A stretch of DNA of 64,000 nucleotides from an uncultured Actinomycetota bacterium (GTDB taxonomy: Bacteria; Actinomycetota; UBA4738; HRBIN12). Below, one piece after another: positions 1 through 9,488 of this stretch. Location: positions 53,176 to 117,175 of the forward strand of contig CAVQEW010000001.1 in NCBI GenBank assembly GCA_963711655.1. The letters run 5' to 3'. Position 1 is the stretch's first letter, and every line of letters begins with the position of its first letter. Below the pieces are notes generated by a model. That model was not told where the DNA came from and did not search any database. It saw only the letters and a list, made by a program, of their open reading frames with translations. Made by a program: the position numbers and the translations under genes.

Positions 1-715
1 GTCCTCATCGTGATCGGCTTGGCCGTCTGCATCGGCTTCGCTGCCGGCGGGAGCCTCCGACCGTTCGAGAGCTTCAGGGTGCACTGGTGGGCCGTCGCGC
101 TGTTGGGGCTCGCGCTCCAGGGGATCCCGCTCGCGAGCGGCGTGAGCAGGCCCGTCGGGATCGATCGTGCTGATGGGCTCCTACGCGCTCCTCGGCTCCT
201 TCGCCTGGGTGAACCGCCGGCTGCCGGCCGTCTGGCTCGTGATGCTCGGCCTGGCCTCGAACCTGGCGGTCATCGGCGTGAACGGCGGGATGCCGGTGAG
301 CGCGGAGGCGCTCGAGACCGCCGGCGCGCGCGCCGAAGGCCTCGTCGGCACGGGCACCCTCAAACACCATCTGATGGGCCCGAGCGACGTCCTCACGCCA
401 CTCGGCGACGTGATCGGGATCCCCCCGCCGATCAGCGCCGTGATCTCGATCGGCGACGTGCTGCTCTACGCCGGGATCGCGATCCTGGTGGTCGCCGTCA
501 TGCTCGGACGGTCGGGTGAGAATCGCCGGCCGCCGGCTCGGCACTTCCAGGGGTATCGGGGGAAGCACTCCCGTTCTCCACGTCAGTTCTCAGGCCTGGA
601 GAAGCGGGCCGCGCCGTACCGCTCCTCCACCCGCCCGTTGGCTCGACCGGAGGCTGCGTGGGCCCTTCCGGGGGAGGCTCCTCTTGGAGGAGCGACCTCG
701 GGAATCGCACAGTGA
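1..715 (+). CDS. Polytopic membrane protein, DUF5317-like (N-terminus at or just beyond the window edge; one frame break near 160-170)
   Basis: ORF 10..519 begins with hydrophobic VIGLAVCIGFAAGGSLRPFESFRVHWWAVALLGLALQGIPLA and then degenerates. ORF 167..715 continues with MLMGSYALLGSFAWVNRRLPAVWLVMLGLASNLAVIGVNGG...GIAILVVAVML. Joined, they give a 4-5 TM protein. The family name is from memory. The last ~60 aa (Arg/Pro-rich, antisense to the kinase tail) are probably not native. Confidence 0.45.
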
Positions 716-2093
716 TCGTCGAACCCTCACCGGGCTTGCTCTCGACTTCGAAGCGGCCGCCACCGACCTGTGCCCGCTCGCGCATCATCGCCATGCCGAA
801 GTGACCCTCCGGACCCGGCGCCTCCGTGTCGAACCCCACGCCGTTGTCCTTGAGACTGAGGACGATGTCCTCACCCTCTTCGCGCACCGCGATCCACACG
901 TCCCGAGGTTGCGCGTGCTTCATCGCGTTCATCACACCTTCCCGTCCGATGTGATACACGAGCAACGCGATCGGAGCAGGCAGATCGATGTCGGCGACGT
1001 CGCGATGGAACCGGATCGAGGAGTCCCTGCCCACCTCATCCGTGAACGACTCGAGTGCCTCGGCGAGCCCCTTCGCTCCGAGCGGTGACCGGTGCAGATC
1101 TGGATCAATGCGCGGATCCGATCAGACGTCTCTTGTTTCGATTCGCGGATCTTGTCGAGCTGCAGCGCTCACATCATCGGTCTGACCCTTCGCGAGCAGC
1201 TTCCGCGCGACATCCACCTGGATGGAGAGGCGGAAGAGCACCTGCGCGAGATCGTCGTGAAGGTATCCAGCGATCTGGAGTCGTTCGTCCGCCCGTTCCT
1301 CCGCCATCGCGTTCGAAAGCGCCGGAGGACCTGCTCGCGTTCCTGAAGTTCCTTGTGGGCCTCCTCGAGAGCCTGCGATCGGAAGAACATCTGTCGAGCA
1401 AAGAGCAGGGGAGCGAGGAAGGCGGGCAGAGCCCAAAGGCCCACAGGACTAACCGTGAACTTCGCCATCGTCAGACCGAGAAGTCCAAGCCCGAGATAGC
1501 TAATGAGGAACTCACCGGCGCTACCGATGCGAAGTTCCTTGAGTACCTGAAGGGGGGGCAGTCCAACCCTCAGACTCGTGAACAGAGCGACCATAGTGCT
1601 ATTCACCAAGTAGTCCGCTATCGCGGCAACCATCGCGGCCAAGATCAACAACCAGGGTGGCGACGGAGATCCGTGCAGAGGGTCGATCGCAGCAAGGGCG
1701 TTGAATACGGCGCTGGCTGCGAACACGGAAAGGGCCACCTGAGAACGATTGAAGATGGCTCTGAGGACGGTTACCTCACGTCGGAACTCACGTGGGTCCA
1801 CTGAGCCAACGAATGCGGTGACGGCAGCCACGATGGGCGTCGTGGACGATCGCGAGGGCCATCAATAGCGGAAACGACAAACTCAAGTGGACCCCGCGCC
1901 AAGCCGGGACGGGGATCAGCTCCACCAAGGCGACCGCCGCTGCCCAGAGGAGAAGCTCTCCCACCAACCCCCATCTGAAGGAATCCAGATCGGCGAAGAT
2001 GAGCAGCGCTCCGCCAACAAGGGTGGGGATGATGACGACGAGCTCAAAGGCCAAGAGCCGTCGTTCCGACGTTCTGCTGCTCATGAGTGCCAT
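498..2093 (-). pseudogene. Membrane-anchored sensor histidine kinase, HisKA_3 class (paralog 1), reading frame broken at least 4 times
   Basis: Pieces 1788..2093 and 1169..1831 form the multi-TM sensor (LLWAAAVALVELIPVPAW, AIFNRSQVALSVFAASAVF). Piece 1122..1436 holds the H-box (ERLQIAGYLHDDLAQVLFRL). Piece 498..1034 holds the HATPase_c domain (REGVMNAMKHA, DNGVGFD, GHFGMAMMRERA, GSTITVRFP). A short out-of-frame stretch (LDKIRESKQETSD) lies between shifts near 1165 and 1100. Other shifts are near 1840 and 1325. Confidence 0.75.
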
Positions 2094-2142
2094 CTTGGCG
2101 TGCCTGAGTCTCCCAGGGAAGCAGGAAGTACGCGCGAATCAG

Positions 2143-2160
2143 GTACGTCGACCTACGTAC
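2143..2160. promoter_or_regulatory. Inverted repeat GTACGT-N6-ACGTAC in the divergent intergenic region between kinase 1 and the small ORF
   Basis: Read directly: GTACGT (2143-2148), CGACCT, ACGTAC (2155-2160). It lies about 50 nt upstream of the kinase-1 start (2093) on the other strand. Function unknown. Confidence 0.3.
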
Positions 2161-2175
2161 TCCGAATGTCGGGCT

Positions 2176-2227
2176 TGTCCCCCGGTTGGGTGTCCCCCGA
2201 TAGTCCTCCTTGTCCCCCACTTGGGGG
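2176..2227 (+). repeat. Three direct copies of TGTCCCCC (2176, 2191, 2211). The last copy runs into a CCCCC-ACTT-GGGGG hairpin (2214-2227).
   Basis: Read directly from cttgtcccccggttgggtgtcccccgatagtcctccttgtcccccacttggggg. It sits immediately upstream of the Shine-Dalgarno sequence of the 27-aa ORF. Confidence 0.5.
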
Positions 2228-2255
2228 TGGAGCGGACTTGGGAGGAGGACACAGC

Positions 2256-2339
2256 ATGAAGCTCGTGAGGCGCATCGCGATCGCTCTGAGCTCTCTGCTC
2301 GCCATCGCGTTGGCGGGTGGCGCACACTGGAAGGCATAG
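2256..2339 (+). CDS. 27-aa hydrophobic small protein (MKLVRRIAIALSSLLAIALAGGAHWKA), hypothetical
   Basis: ATG 2256 is preceded by GGAGGAGG (2241-2248) at 7-nt spacing. One predicted TM helix, TAG at 2337-2339, followed by an 11-bp hairpin. It is the tail of track ORF 1887..2339. Confidence 0.4.
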   Translation: MKLVRRIAIALSSLLAIALAGGAHWKA

Positions 2340-2383
2340 CAATCTCCAGCAGCGCCGAGAGTTCTCAAGATCCTGTTCCGCCC

Positions 2384-2412
2384 CGAGGTCCCGGTCTTAG
2401 GCCGGGGCCTCG
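2384..2412. terminator. Hairpin between the convergent small ORF and kinase 2 (11-bp stem including one G-U pair, 7-nt loop)
   Basis: CGAGGTCCCGG-tcttagg-CCGGGGCCTCG. There is no clear U-tract, which is common in high-GC actinobacteria. Confidence 0.45.
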
Positions 2413-2443
2413 CTGGTTCCGGTCACGGCGAGCTTGATCCTGG

Positions 2444-3851
2444 TCATGGCGCGAAGGAGAGCCGCACCACCGTTCCAGAGCCTGGACTAGACCGGATTTC
2501 GAGGTCGGCTTCAATTTCAGCCGCGCGCTCCTTCATGAGCTGAAGACCAAAGTGAAGGTCACTCAGCTGACCACCGAGGTCGAATCCTTGGCCGTCATCT
2601 GCGATCTCCGCTAGAAGCAAATCGGTCTCCCGGCTCAACGAAAGCCAGACTGTCCTAGCCTTCGAGTGGTTAGCCGCGTTCGTAAGTGCTTCTCTCACGA
2701 TCTGATAGACAATCAGTTCACGCTCTGGAGTCGAGCGAATCGATGGGTCAAGGGAGGCGACGACCTGCAGACGCGATTCCTCCTCCAAACGGCGGGCGAA
2801 CAAGCCGAGCGTCTCGACCAAACCAGCATGACCAACCACGGCTGACCGAAGCCCTTTGATGACTTCTCGAAGGTCTTCTACAGCGGCCTCGCTCGCCTGG
2901 ATCACTGCCGGCAAGTCGTCTTCCAATTCAAGAAGACGGCCGCCGAGCAAGTCCTGGCGCAGGACCTGGGCGCGAATTGTTACGTTGTAGAGGTCCTGGA
3001 GAACATCGTCATGCAGTGCGGCGGCGATGCGTGCCCTCTCTTGCTGACGCTCAGCTGCGATTCGTTCATCCACATGGCTGAGCGCCACAGTGTTGTCTAC
3101 AAGAGTTCTCTCGACATTCTCCAACCGAGACCGATGTAGAAAGACCTGCTTGCCAAGGATCACAGGAGCTACCGAGGCAACAACGCCGGAGAGCCCGAAG
3201 CGCACGTACGCCTCAGCTATCAAGATCCCAAGGAAACCGAAGCACACGTAACTCAGCAAGAAGGTCCACGGGGAGCCGAAGCGCATTGCGCGGAGGGACT
3301 CTCGGATGGGAAGTCCGGTTCGCAGGGTTGTGCCATACCCCACGATGACGTAGTTGACGAATACATCGACTCCAAGGGCAGCGAGTGCCACCAGTGGTGT
3401 CAATGGCCAGTCTCCAAGATTCACAGGCTCGAAAAGAAGCGCTTGCGCAAATCACACTTAAGGAGGTCTGCGAGCGATTCCAGATTGCCCGCGACCAACT
3501 GATCTCTCTTCTTAGCTCGCGAATATCAATCGCACCAAGGAGTGCAATCACGCCCGAAATCAGAGGTCCGAACACAAAGGCAGCGGCAAGAAGTAGAGGG
3601 AGATCCATCGCAAGGGACGGACCGCGACCGGAACTCAAGGGAACGACCCCTGCTATGGCCACGAATACGACCCAGGCGACCAACTCGAGGAGTCTAGGTG
3701 GTTCCGCAAGTGGCATCTGAACGGCTGCAGCGATTAGCAGCGCGAGATTCAGCCCAACGACACCGACGGCGAAAAGTCGGAACTGCGTGGTCTCGCCCTT
3801 GCTGAAACTCCCACGTGATCGGCCAGGATGTCCTGCTGCGTAGACCGACAT
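2444..3851 (-). CDS. Membrane-anchored sensor histidine kinase, HisKA_3 class (paralog 2), one frame break near 3436
   Basis: ORF 3213..3851 (TM sensor; AIWNRSQTSLSVICASA parallels AIFNRSQVALSVFAASA of paralog 1) joins ORF 2444..3424, which carries the H-box ARIAAALHDDVLQDLYNV, REALTNAANHS, DDGQGFD, HFGLQLMKERA and GSGTVVRLSF. The break sits in or next to the run gaaaag. Confidence 0.8.
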
Positions 3852-3995
3852 CTCCCCTCCTTGGGACGAAGCGGTCTCCCGGCAACCGCGGGACTAGGAA
3901 CCGCGAGAGTTGTAGCCCATCCGCTCTACGCCAAGCAAGACTGACAATCTCGCCCCTGGGCCACTCGCCGCCCGCCGTGCGAGACTCGATGCCTC

Positions 3996-4436
3996 ATGAC
4001 GGCTGAACCCGAGCAGAACCCCAAGAAGCGCCGATCCCCCTTCCGGGACGAGGTCTGGGGGGACGAGCCCCAGGAGGTCGACGCATCCGAGGTCGTCGAA
4101 GAGCTGGAGACATCTCGCCCGGAACTCGCTCGTCGTTGGTATGACCACCCAGCCATCGTTCCGTTCAAGGTCGTGGCCGGATTCATCGCCCGCAACAGCA
4201 AGCGCGTCGCGATCACGATCGCCGGCTTCGCCGTTGTCCTGGCTGGCGTGGCGATGCTCGTCCTCCCCGGTCCCGGCATCGTCGTGATCATCGCCGGCCT
4301 CGCGATCCTCGGAACGGAGTACGTCTGGGCTCAGCGACTCCTGAGGATCGCGAAGGAGAAGGCGAACCAAGCGAAGGACGCGATCCTCCGGAAGAAGGAG
4401 GAGGAGGAGACCGAACGAGGGGACACGCCCTCGTGA
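3996..4436 (+). CDS. PGPGW-motif small transmembrane protein
   Basis: 146 aa. Two TM helices contain ...AMLVLPGPGIVVIIAGLAILGTEY..., with charged N- and C-terminal tails. ATG at 3996. Confidence 0.6.
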   Translation: MTAEPEQNPKKRRSPFRDEVWGDEPQEVDASEVVEELETSRPELARRWYDHPAIVPFKVVAGFIARNSKRVAITIAGFAVVLAGVAMLVLPGPGIVVIIAGLAILGTEYVWAQRLLRIAKEKANQAKDAILRKKEEEETERGDTPS

Positions 4437-4448
4437 CCCCGGCGCTCG

Positions 4449-5351
4449 ATCCTGATCGGCACCTCCTCGTGGACGGATCCCACCCTGATCAAGGACGGGA
4501 ACTTCTACCCGCCGGGCACCAAGACGGCCGAAGGTCGCCTCAAGTTCTACGCCTCCAAGTTCCCGTTGGTCGAGGTCGACTCCACGTACTACTTCCCGCC
4601 GTCGGAGCGGAACTCCGAGCTCTGGATCGAGCGGACCCCGAAGGACTTCACCTTCAACATCAAGGCGTACTCGCTCCTCACGAACCACCCGACGCGCCCC
4701 GATTCCCTCTACGGCGACATCAAGTCGGAGCTTCCACCGGAGCTCCTCGAGAAACGTCGGCTCTATCGCGACAAGCTCCCCGATGACGCCGTCGAAGAGG
4801 TCTGGGAGCGATTCCGGCTCGCGCTCTACCCGCTGCACTCCGCCGGCAAGCTCGGCGCCGTCCTGTTCCAGTTCCCGCAGTACTTCACGATCTCGAGGAA
4901 GAACAAGGCCTACATCGAGGAGGCCGCGTCCCGGCTGCCCGACTACCGCATCGCCGTGGAGTTCCGGCACAAGTCATGGCTCGAGGATCGCAACGTGGAG
5001 GAGACCTTGTCCTTCCTCGAGGAACGGAACCTGCCGCTCGTCTGTGTCGACATGCCCCAGGGGTTCGACTCCTCGATGCCACCGATCGCGGCGGCGACCG
5101 CGGAGGACATCTCGATGGTCCGCTTCCACGGTCGCGACCCGAAGGCATGGGAGACGAAGAGCGAGAGCGCGAGCGAGCGGTTCCGCTACGACTACGAGAA
5201 GAACGAGCTCCAGGAGTGGGTCCCGAAGATCCAGGGCTTGTCCGAGAGCACCCGGGAGACGCACGTCCTGATGAACAACTGCTATCAGGACTTCGCCGTT
5301 CGCAACGGGAGAGACCTCGGCGCACTGCTCGACCTGGATCTCCCCGAGTAG
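4449..5351 (+). CDS. DUF72 (UPF0759) family protein; start codon uncertain
   Basis: Track ORF 4566..5351 begins VEVDSTYYFPPSERNSELWIERTPKDFTFNIKAYSLLT. The same frame stays open and family-like back to 4437 (RRSILIGTSSWTDPTLIKDGNFYPPGTKTAEGRLKFYASKFPL), but it has no ATG, GTG or TTG there. Confidence 0.7.
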   Translation: MLIGTSSWTDPTLIKDGNFYPPGTKTAEGRLKFYASKFPLVEVDSTYYFPPSERNSELWIERTPKDFTFNIKAYSLLTNHPTRPDSLYGDIKSELPPELLEKRRLYRDKLPDDAVEEVWERFRLALYPLHSAGKLGAVLFQFPQYFTISRKNKAYIEEAASRLPDYRIAVEFRHKSWLEDRNVEETLSFLEERNLPLVCVDMPQGFDSSMPPIAAATAEDISMVRFHGRDPKAWETKSESASERFRYDYEKNELQEWVPKIQGLSESTRETHVLMNNCYQDFAVRNGRDLGALLDLDLPE

Positions 5352-5409
5352 GCCAGTCGCACGGAACCGTGACACGAGCCTCGGCTCGTGCCCGGGTAGG
5401 CTGAAAATC

Positions 5410-6570
5410 GTGGAGAAGCGCTGGAAGGTCGCCTCGATCGGCGGCATCCCGATCTACATCACGGTTCCCTGGCTGATCTTCGCGGCGTTCGTCGTCTACG
5501 GGACCTACGAGAGCCTGGCGCGGACCCGCGCCCTCACGGATCAGCAGGCGCTCTGGTGGTCGGTGCTGAACGCGTCCCTGTTCTACGGGAGCATCATCTT
5601 CCACGAGCTTTCGCATGCCGTGACCGCGCGGGCCTTCGGACTCCACGTGCACGGCATCACGCTGGTCTTCTGGGGGGGCTACACGGAAACCCATTCGGCC
5701 GAGCGCAGGCCCGTTCGCCTCCTTCCTGATCTCAGCCGCAGGTCCGCTCAGCACGCTGGCTCTCGCCGGTGCCTTCTGGCTCGGAGCCGAGGTCTCCGAA
5801 GGCGTCCTCTCGGCCATCCTCGGGAACCTGGCGTTCCTCAGCCTGCTCTTCGCGGGTCTCAACGCGCTGCCCGGGATTCCCGGTCGACGGCGGACGCATG
5901 TTGCTCGCCGTGGTCTGGGGCATCACGAAGGACCGGTTCGTCGCCCTCAGGGTCGCGGGGTGGGGTGGCGTGGTCGTCGGCGCGATCCTCGGAGTCGTCG
6001 GTATCCAGCGGCTCCAGGCGGGGCATGGGGACTGGCTCTTCTTCGCCTTCATCGGCTGGATGATGATCAACCAGGGGACTCCAGGTGGGGAAGCAGGCTC
6101 CGGTGCTGCGCGATCTGTCCTCCGGCACCGTCGCCGAGGCGATGGGGCCGGCTCCCCCGCCGATCCCGGTCGACGCCACGCTGCTCCACGCCCTCGAGAC
6201 CCATCTCCGCGCCGATCGTTCGACGGAGTTCCCCGTCGCCGACGGGTCCGGACGTGTGGTCGGCTCCCTGTCCTTCTCGGATGCCTCGAAGCTCGGAGCG
6301 AAGGATCCCACCAGGGGAGTCGGAGAGGCGATGACGCCGCCGGAGCGGATGCGAACGGTGGAGCCGGATCTCTCCCTCGACCGAGCGCTCGAATGGATGG
6401 CCGGAAGCGGCCAGGCGCTCGTCCTCGACGGCGGGCGGCTGCTCGGCCGACTCACGACGGTCGACGTCGACCGGTGGTATCGCCGACGGATCGTGGGCGA
6501 GACGGTGGAGGATGAAGCGGCGCCGGTGCCGCCCCGACCCGACCTCGGGGGTGTCGGCGACTGGCGGTAG
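5410..6570 (+). pseudogene. Site-2 (M50) metalloprotease with C-terminal CBS pair; 3 frame breaks (near 5707, 5876, 6078)
   Basis: HExxH motif in IIFHELSHAVTA (ORF 5410..6063). The next frame reads GPFASFLISAAGPLSTLALAGAFWLG...LNALPG. Then FPVDGGRMLLAVVWG...WMMINQG (ORF 5769..6515). The CBS region is ORF 6085..6570. Each break is repaired by deleting a single A. Confidence 0.8.
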
Positions 6571-6580
6571 CATCCGGCTC

Positions 6581-9488
6581 GTGAACCCCCCCTTCTCCCC
6601 CGATGGGATGCAGGACGCCGTCCTGTCGCACACGGCAGGTCCACTGCTCGTCACCGGCGCTGCCGGCACCGGCAAGTCCTCGGTGCTCCGCGAGCGGTTC
6701 GCACAGCTCGTCGAGGGCGGAGCGGATCCGGAGCGGGTGGCGCTGATCGTCGGATCGCGCCGCGCGCGGCAAGCGACGCGCGACGCGCTGATCGCCCGGC
6801 TGCCTGCCTCGCTCTCCAGCCTTCAGGTCCTGACCTTCCATGGGCTCGGGCATCTGATCCTCCGCGAGCGCTTCTCCGCGCTCGGGTACTCGGAGCCTCC
6901 CGAGGTCCTCTCGGCCGCCGATCAGTTCGCGCTCGTGCAGGATCTCCTGCAGGGACAGGATCCGGCGGAGTGGCCGGCGTACGGTCACCTCCTCACGCTC
7001 CGTGGGTTCGCGGACCAGATCCGGCAGTTCCTCCTCCGCGCCCAGGAAGCTCGACTCACGCCGGAGGAGATCCAGGACAAGGCCGGATCGCGCGGGCTCA
7101 CCGGCTGGCTCGAGCTCGCGAGCTTCTACCGGACATATCTCGATGTCCTGGACGCCGATCGGCGTCGTGGACTTCGCGGCCCTGATCGGCCGGGCCGAGA
7201 CAGCGGCGGCGGCCGACGCTCCGCTCCTCGATCATCTCCTCGTCGACGACTACCACGACGCCACGTACGCGCAGGAGGCGCTCGTGCAGTCGATCCGCGC
7301 GCGCGATCTCGTGGTCGCGGCGGACCCCGAGGCGCACGTCTTCTCGTTCCAGGGCACGACGGCGGTGCCGTCGCTCCGGTTCACGCAGGTCTTCGTGGGC
7401 GCCACCCACGTGGAGCTGACCACGGCGCACCGTGCACCAGCCGTGGTGCGCGTCGATGCGTGGAGCGCGTCGCACACCTCGGAGGAGTACGCAGCCGTCG
7501 CACGGGAGCTTCGACGGCTCCACGTCGAGGACGGCGTCGGCTGGGGAGAGCTCGCCGTCGTCGTCCGCCGCCAGGGGACCCACGTCGGAGGCCTCCTCCG
7601 GGCGCTGGATGACGCGCGGGTACCTCGAACCGCCCCGGAGAGCGGCGTGTCGCTCGCGCAGGAGCCCGCCACGAGGCCGTTCGTCCTGGCGCTTCGCTGG
7701 CTCGTGGCGTCCGAGGACGAGCGCAACGGCTTGATCGAGTCGGTTCTGACGTCGGATCTCGTCCGTCTCTCGCCGGCGGCCGCGCGCGGCCTCCTGCGGG
7801 TCGCTCACGCCGCGACGGGCTCCGTGGGGAGGGCGCTCGAGTTCACCGACGGCCTCACCGCGGAGGAGGCCGCGCAGGTGGAGGAGGTCAAGGGCGTGCT
7901 CGATCGCGCCGCGAAGGCGGCCGACCGTTCGGTGCTCGATACGTTCTCCGTCCTCTGGCGGGAGCTGGCGTGCTCGCGCCGCTTGGTCGAGGACGCCGCC
8001 TCCGTGGAGTCGCGGCGCGAGCTCGACTCCGTCGTCGCGTTCTCGAGCGCCGTCGCGGAGGCCGGCTCGGCCGCCGATCCCTCGGTCGAGGCGTTCCTCG
8101 CGTCGGTCGACGCCGGCGAACGCGGGCCGGGGTTCTCGGCATGGGAACGTCGCGACGCCGACGCCGTCCAGGTCCTGACGGCCCACGGCGCCGCAGGCCG
8201 CGAGTTCCACACGGTGATCGTGGTCGGCACCGTGGAAGGGAACTTCCCCAGCCTCTCGCGGCCGGAGCCGATGTTCGACCTGGAAGCGTTGGACCGGCTC
8301 GTGTCGCAGTCGGATCGCAACCGAGCCCGGCTCGAGGACGAGCGTCGCTTGTTCCGGATGGTGCTCGGTCGGGCGAAGGAGCGCGTCGTCTTGATGGCGA
8401 GCCGCGCGCACGCCGACGAGGCCTCGACCGGCTCGAGGTTCGTCGAAGAGCTCGGTCTCAAGTGGTCGGCCGTCCCGGACCCGGCGTTCGCGGAGCCCGT
8501 CTCCGTCCGCGAAGCGGCGGCCCTGTGGCGCCGGATCCTCGCGGACCACTCGGTCCCCGGCGCGGAGCGGCTCGCCGCCCTCGACGGGCTCATCGCGCTC
8601 GGCGTCGATCCCCGGCGCTGGTGGTTCCAGCGCGACTGGACGGAGACGGGCCGTCCGCTGCACGAGCATCTGCGAGCCTCGTACTCCAAGCTCGACGTCC
8701 TGGACAACTGCGAGCTCCAGTTCGTCCTCGGCTACGAGCTCGGACTCGGTCGCCCGGTCGGGTACCAGGCGTGGGTCGGGTCGCTCGTGCACCGGATCAT
8801 CGAGGACTGCGAGAAGGGCGAGGTCGAGCGAACCCTCGAGGCGCTCACGGCGGAGGTGGACCGGCGGTGGCGTCCGCAGGAGTTCCCGGCCAAGGCGGTG
8901 TCGGAAGCCTGGCGCGCGCTCGCCCAGCAGAAGATGCTCCCCAACTGGTTCGAACGATACGGCGCGCATCCCGCGTCGGCGACGGAACAGGGCTTCGAAT
9001 TCGACTACGACGGCGCGATGATCGTCGGCTACATCGACAGGATCGGCCCGGACCCCGCCGGGTTCCCCGGATCCCGCATCACGGACTACAAGACGGGCAG
9101 CGCCGATCGCGCTCCCAAGGCGAACGAGAGCCTCCAGCTCGGCATCTACTACCTCGCGGTCCTGGAGTCCGAGGAGCTGAAGGAGTTCCAGCCGGTCTCC
9201 GGCGTCGAGCTCTCCTATCTGAAAGGCGATTGGAAGAACGGCGAGCTCGTCACCCGGGAATGGACGGTGGGCACGCCCGATCGCGAGGAGGCGTACCAGG
9301 ACGTGATGCGCGAGAAGCTCTCCGGCCTCGTCGGCGAGCTGCAGCGCCTGAACGACTCGGGCTCGTATCGCCCGAACTACCAGGCGAACTGCTTCTTCTG
9401 CGAGTTCCAGTCGCTCTGCTCTCTCTTCCCCGAGGGCCGGCCGTTGTTCGACGTGGGCGACCCGGGGTCGGAGGTGGGTCGCCGATGA
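6581..9488 (+). CDS. adnA: AdnA-type helicase-nuclease subunit (UvrD-like motor plus RecB-like nuclease); one frame break near 7153
   Basis: Walker A in LLVTGAAGTGKSSVL (ORF 6512..7612) continues in ORF 7002..9488 (LLVDDYHD, VLTAHGAAGREFHTVIV). The C-terminal nuclease and Cys cluster include DYKTG...QLGIYYLA...NCFFCEFQSLC. GTG start at 6581. The stop overlaps the adnB start (ATGA). Confidence 0.75.

Noticed and set aside
1100-1165. An in-frame stop at 1122-1124 between same-frame ORFs 1122..1436 and 498..1034 in kinase 1, considered as readthrough or Sec.
   Set aside because: The stop lies within a roughly 60-nt out-of-frame stretch bounded by two shifts. The true sequence there (LDKIRESKQETSD) is in another frame, so the stop is not in the real reading frame.
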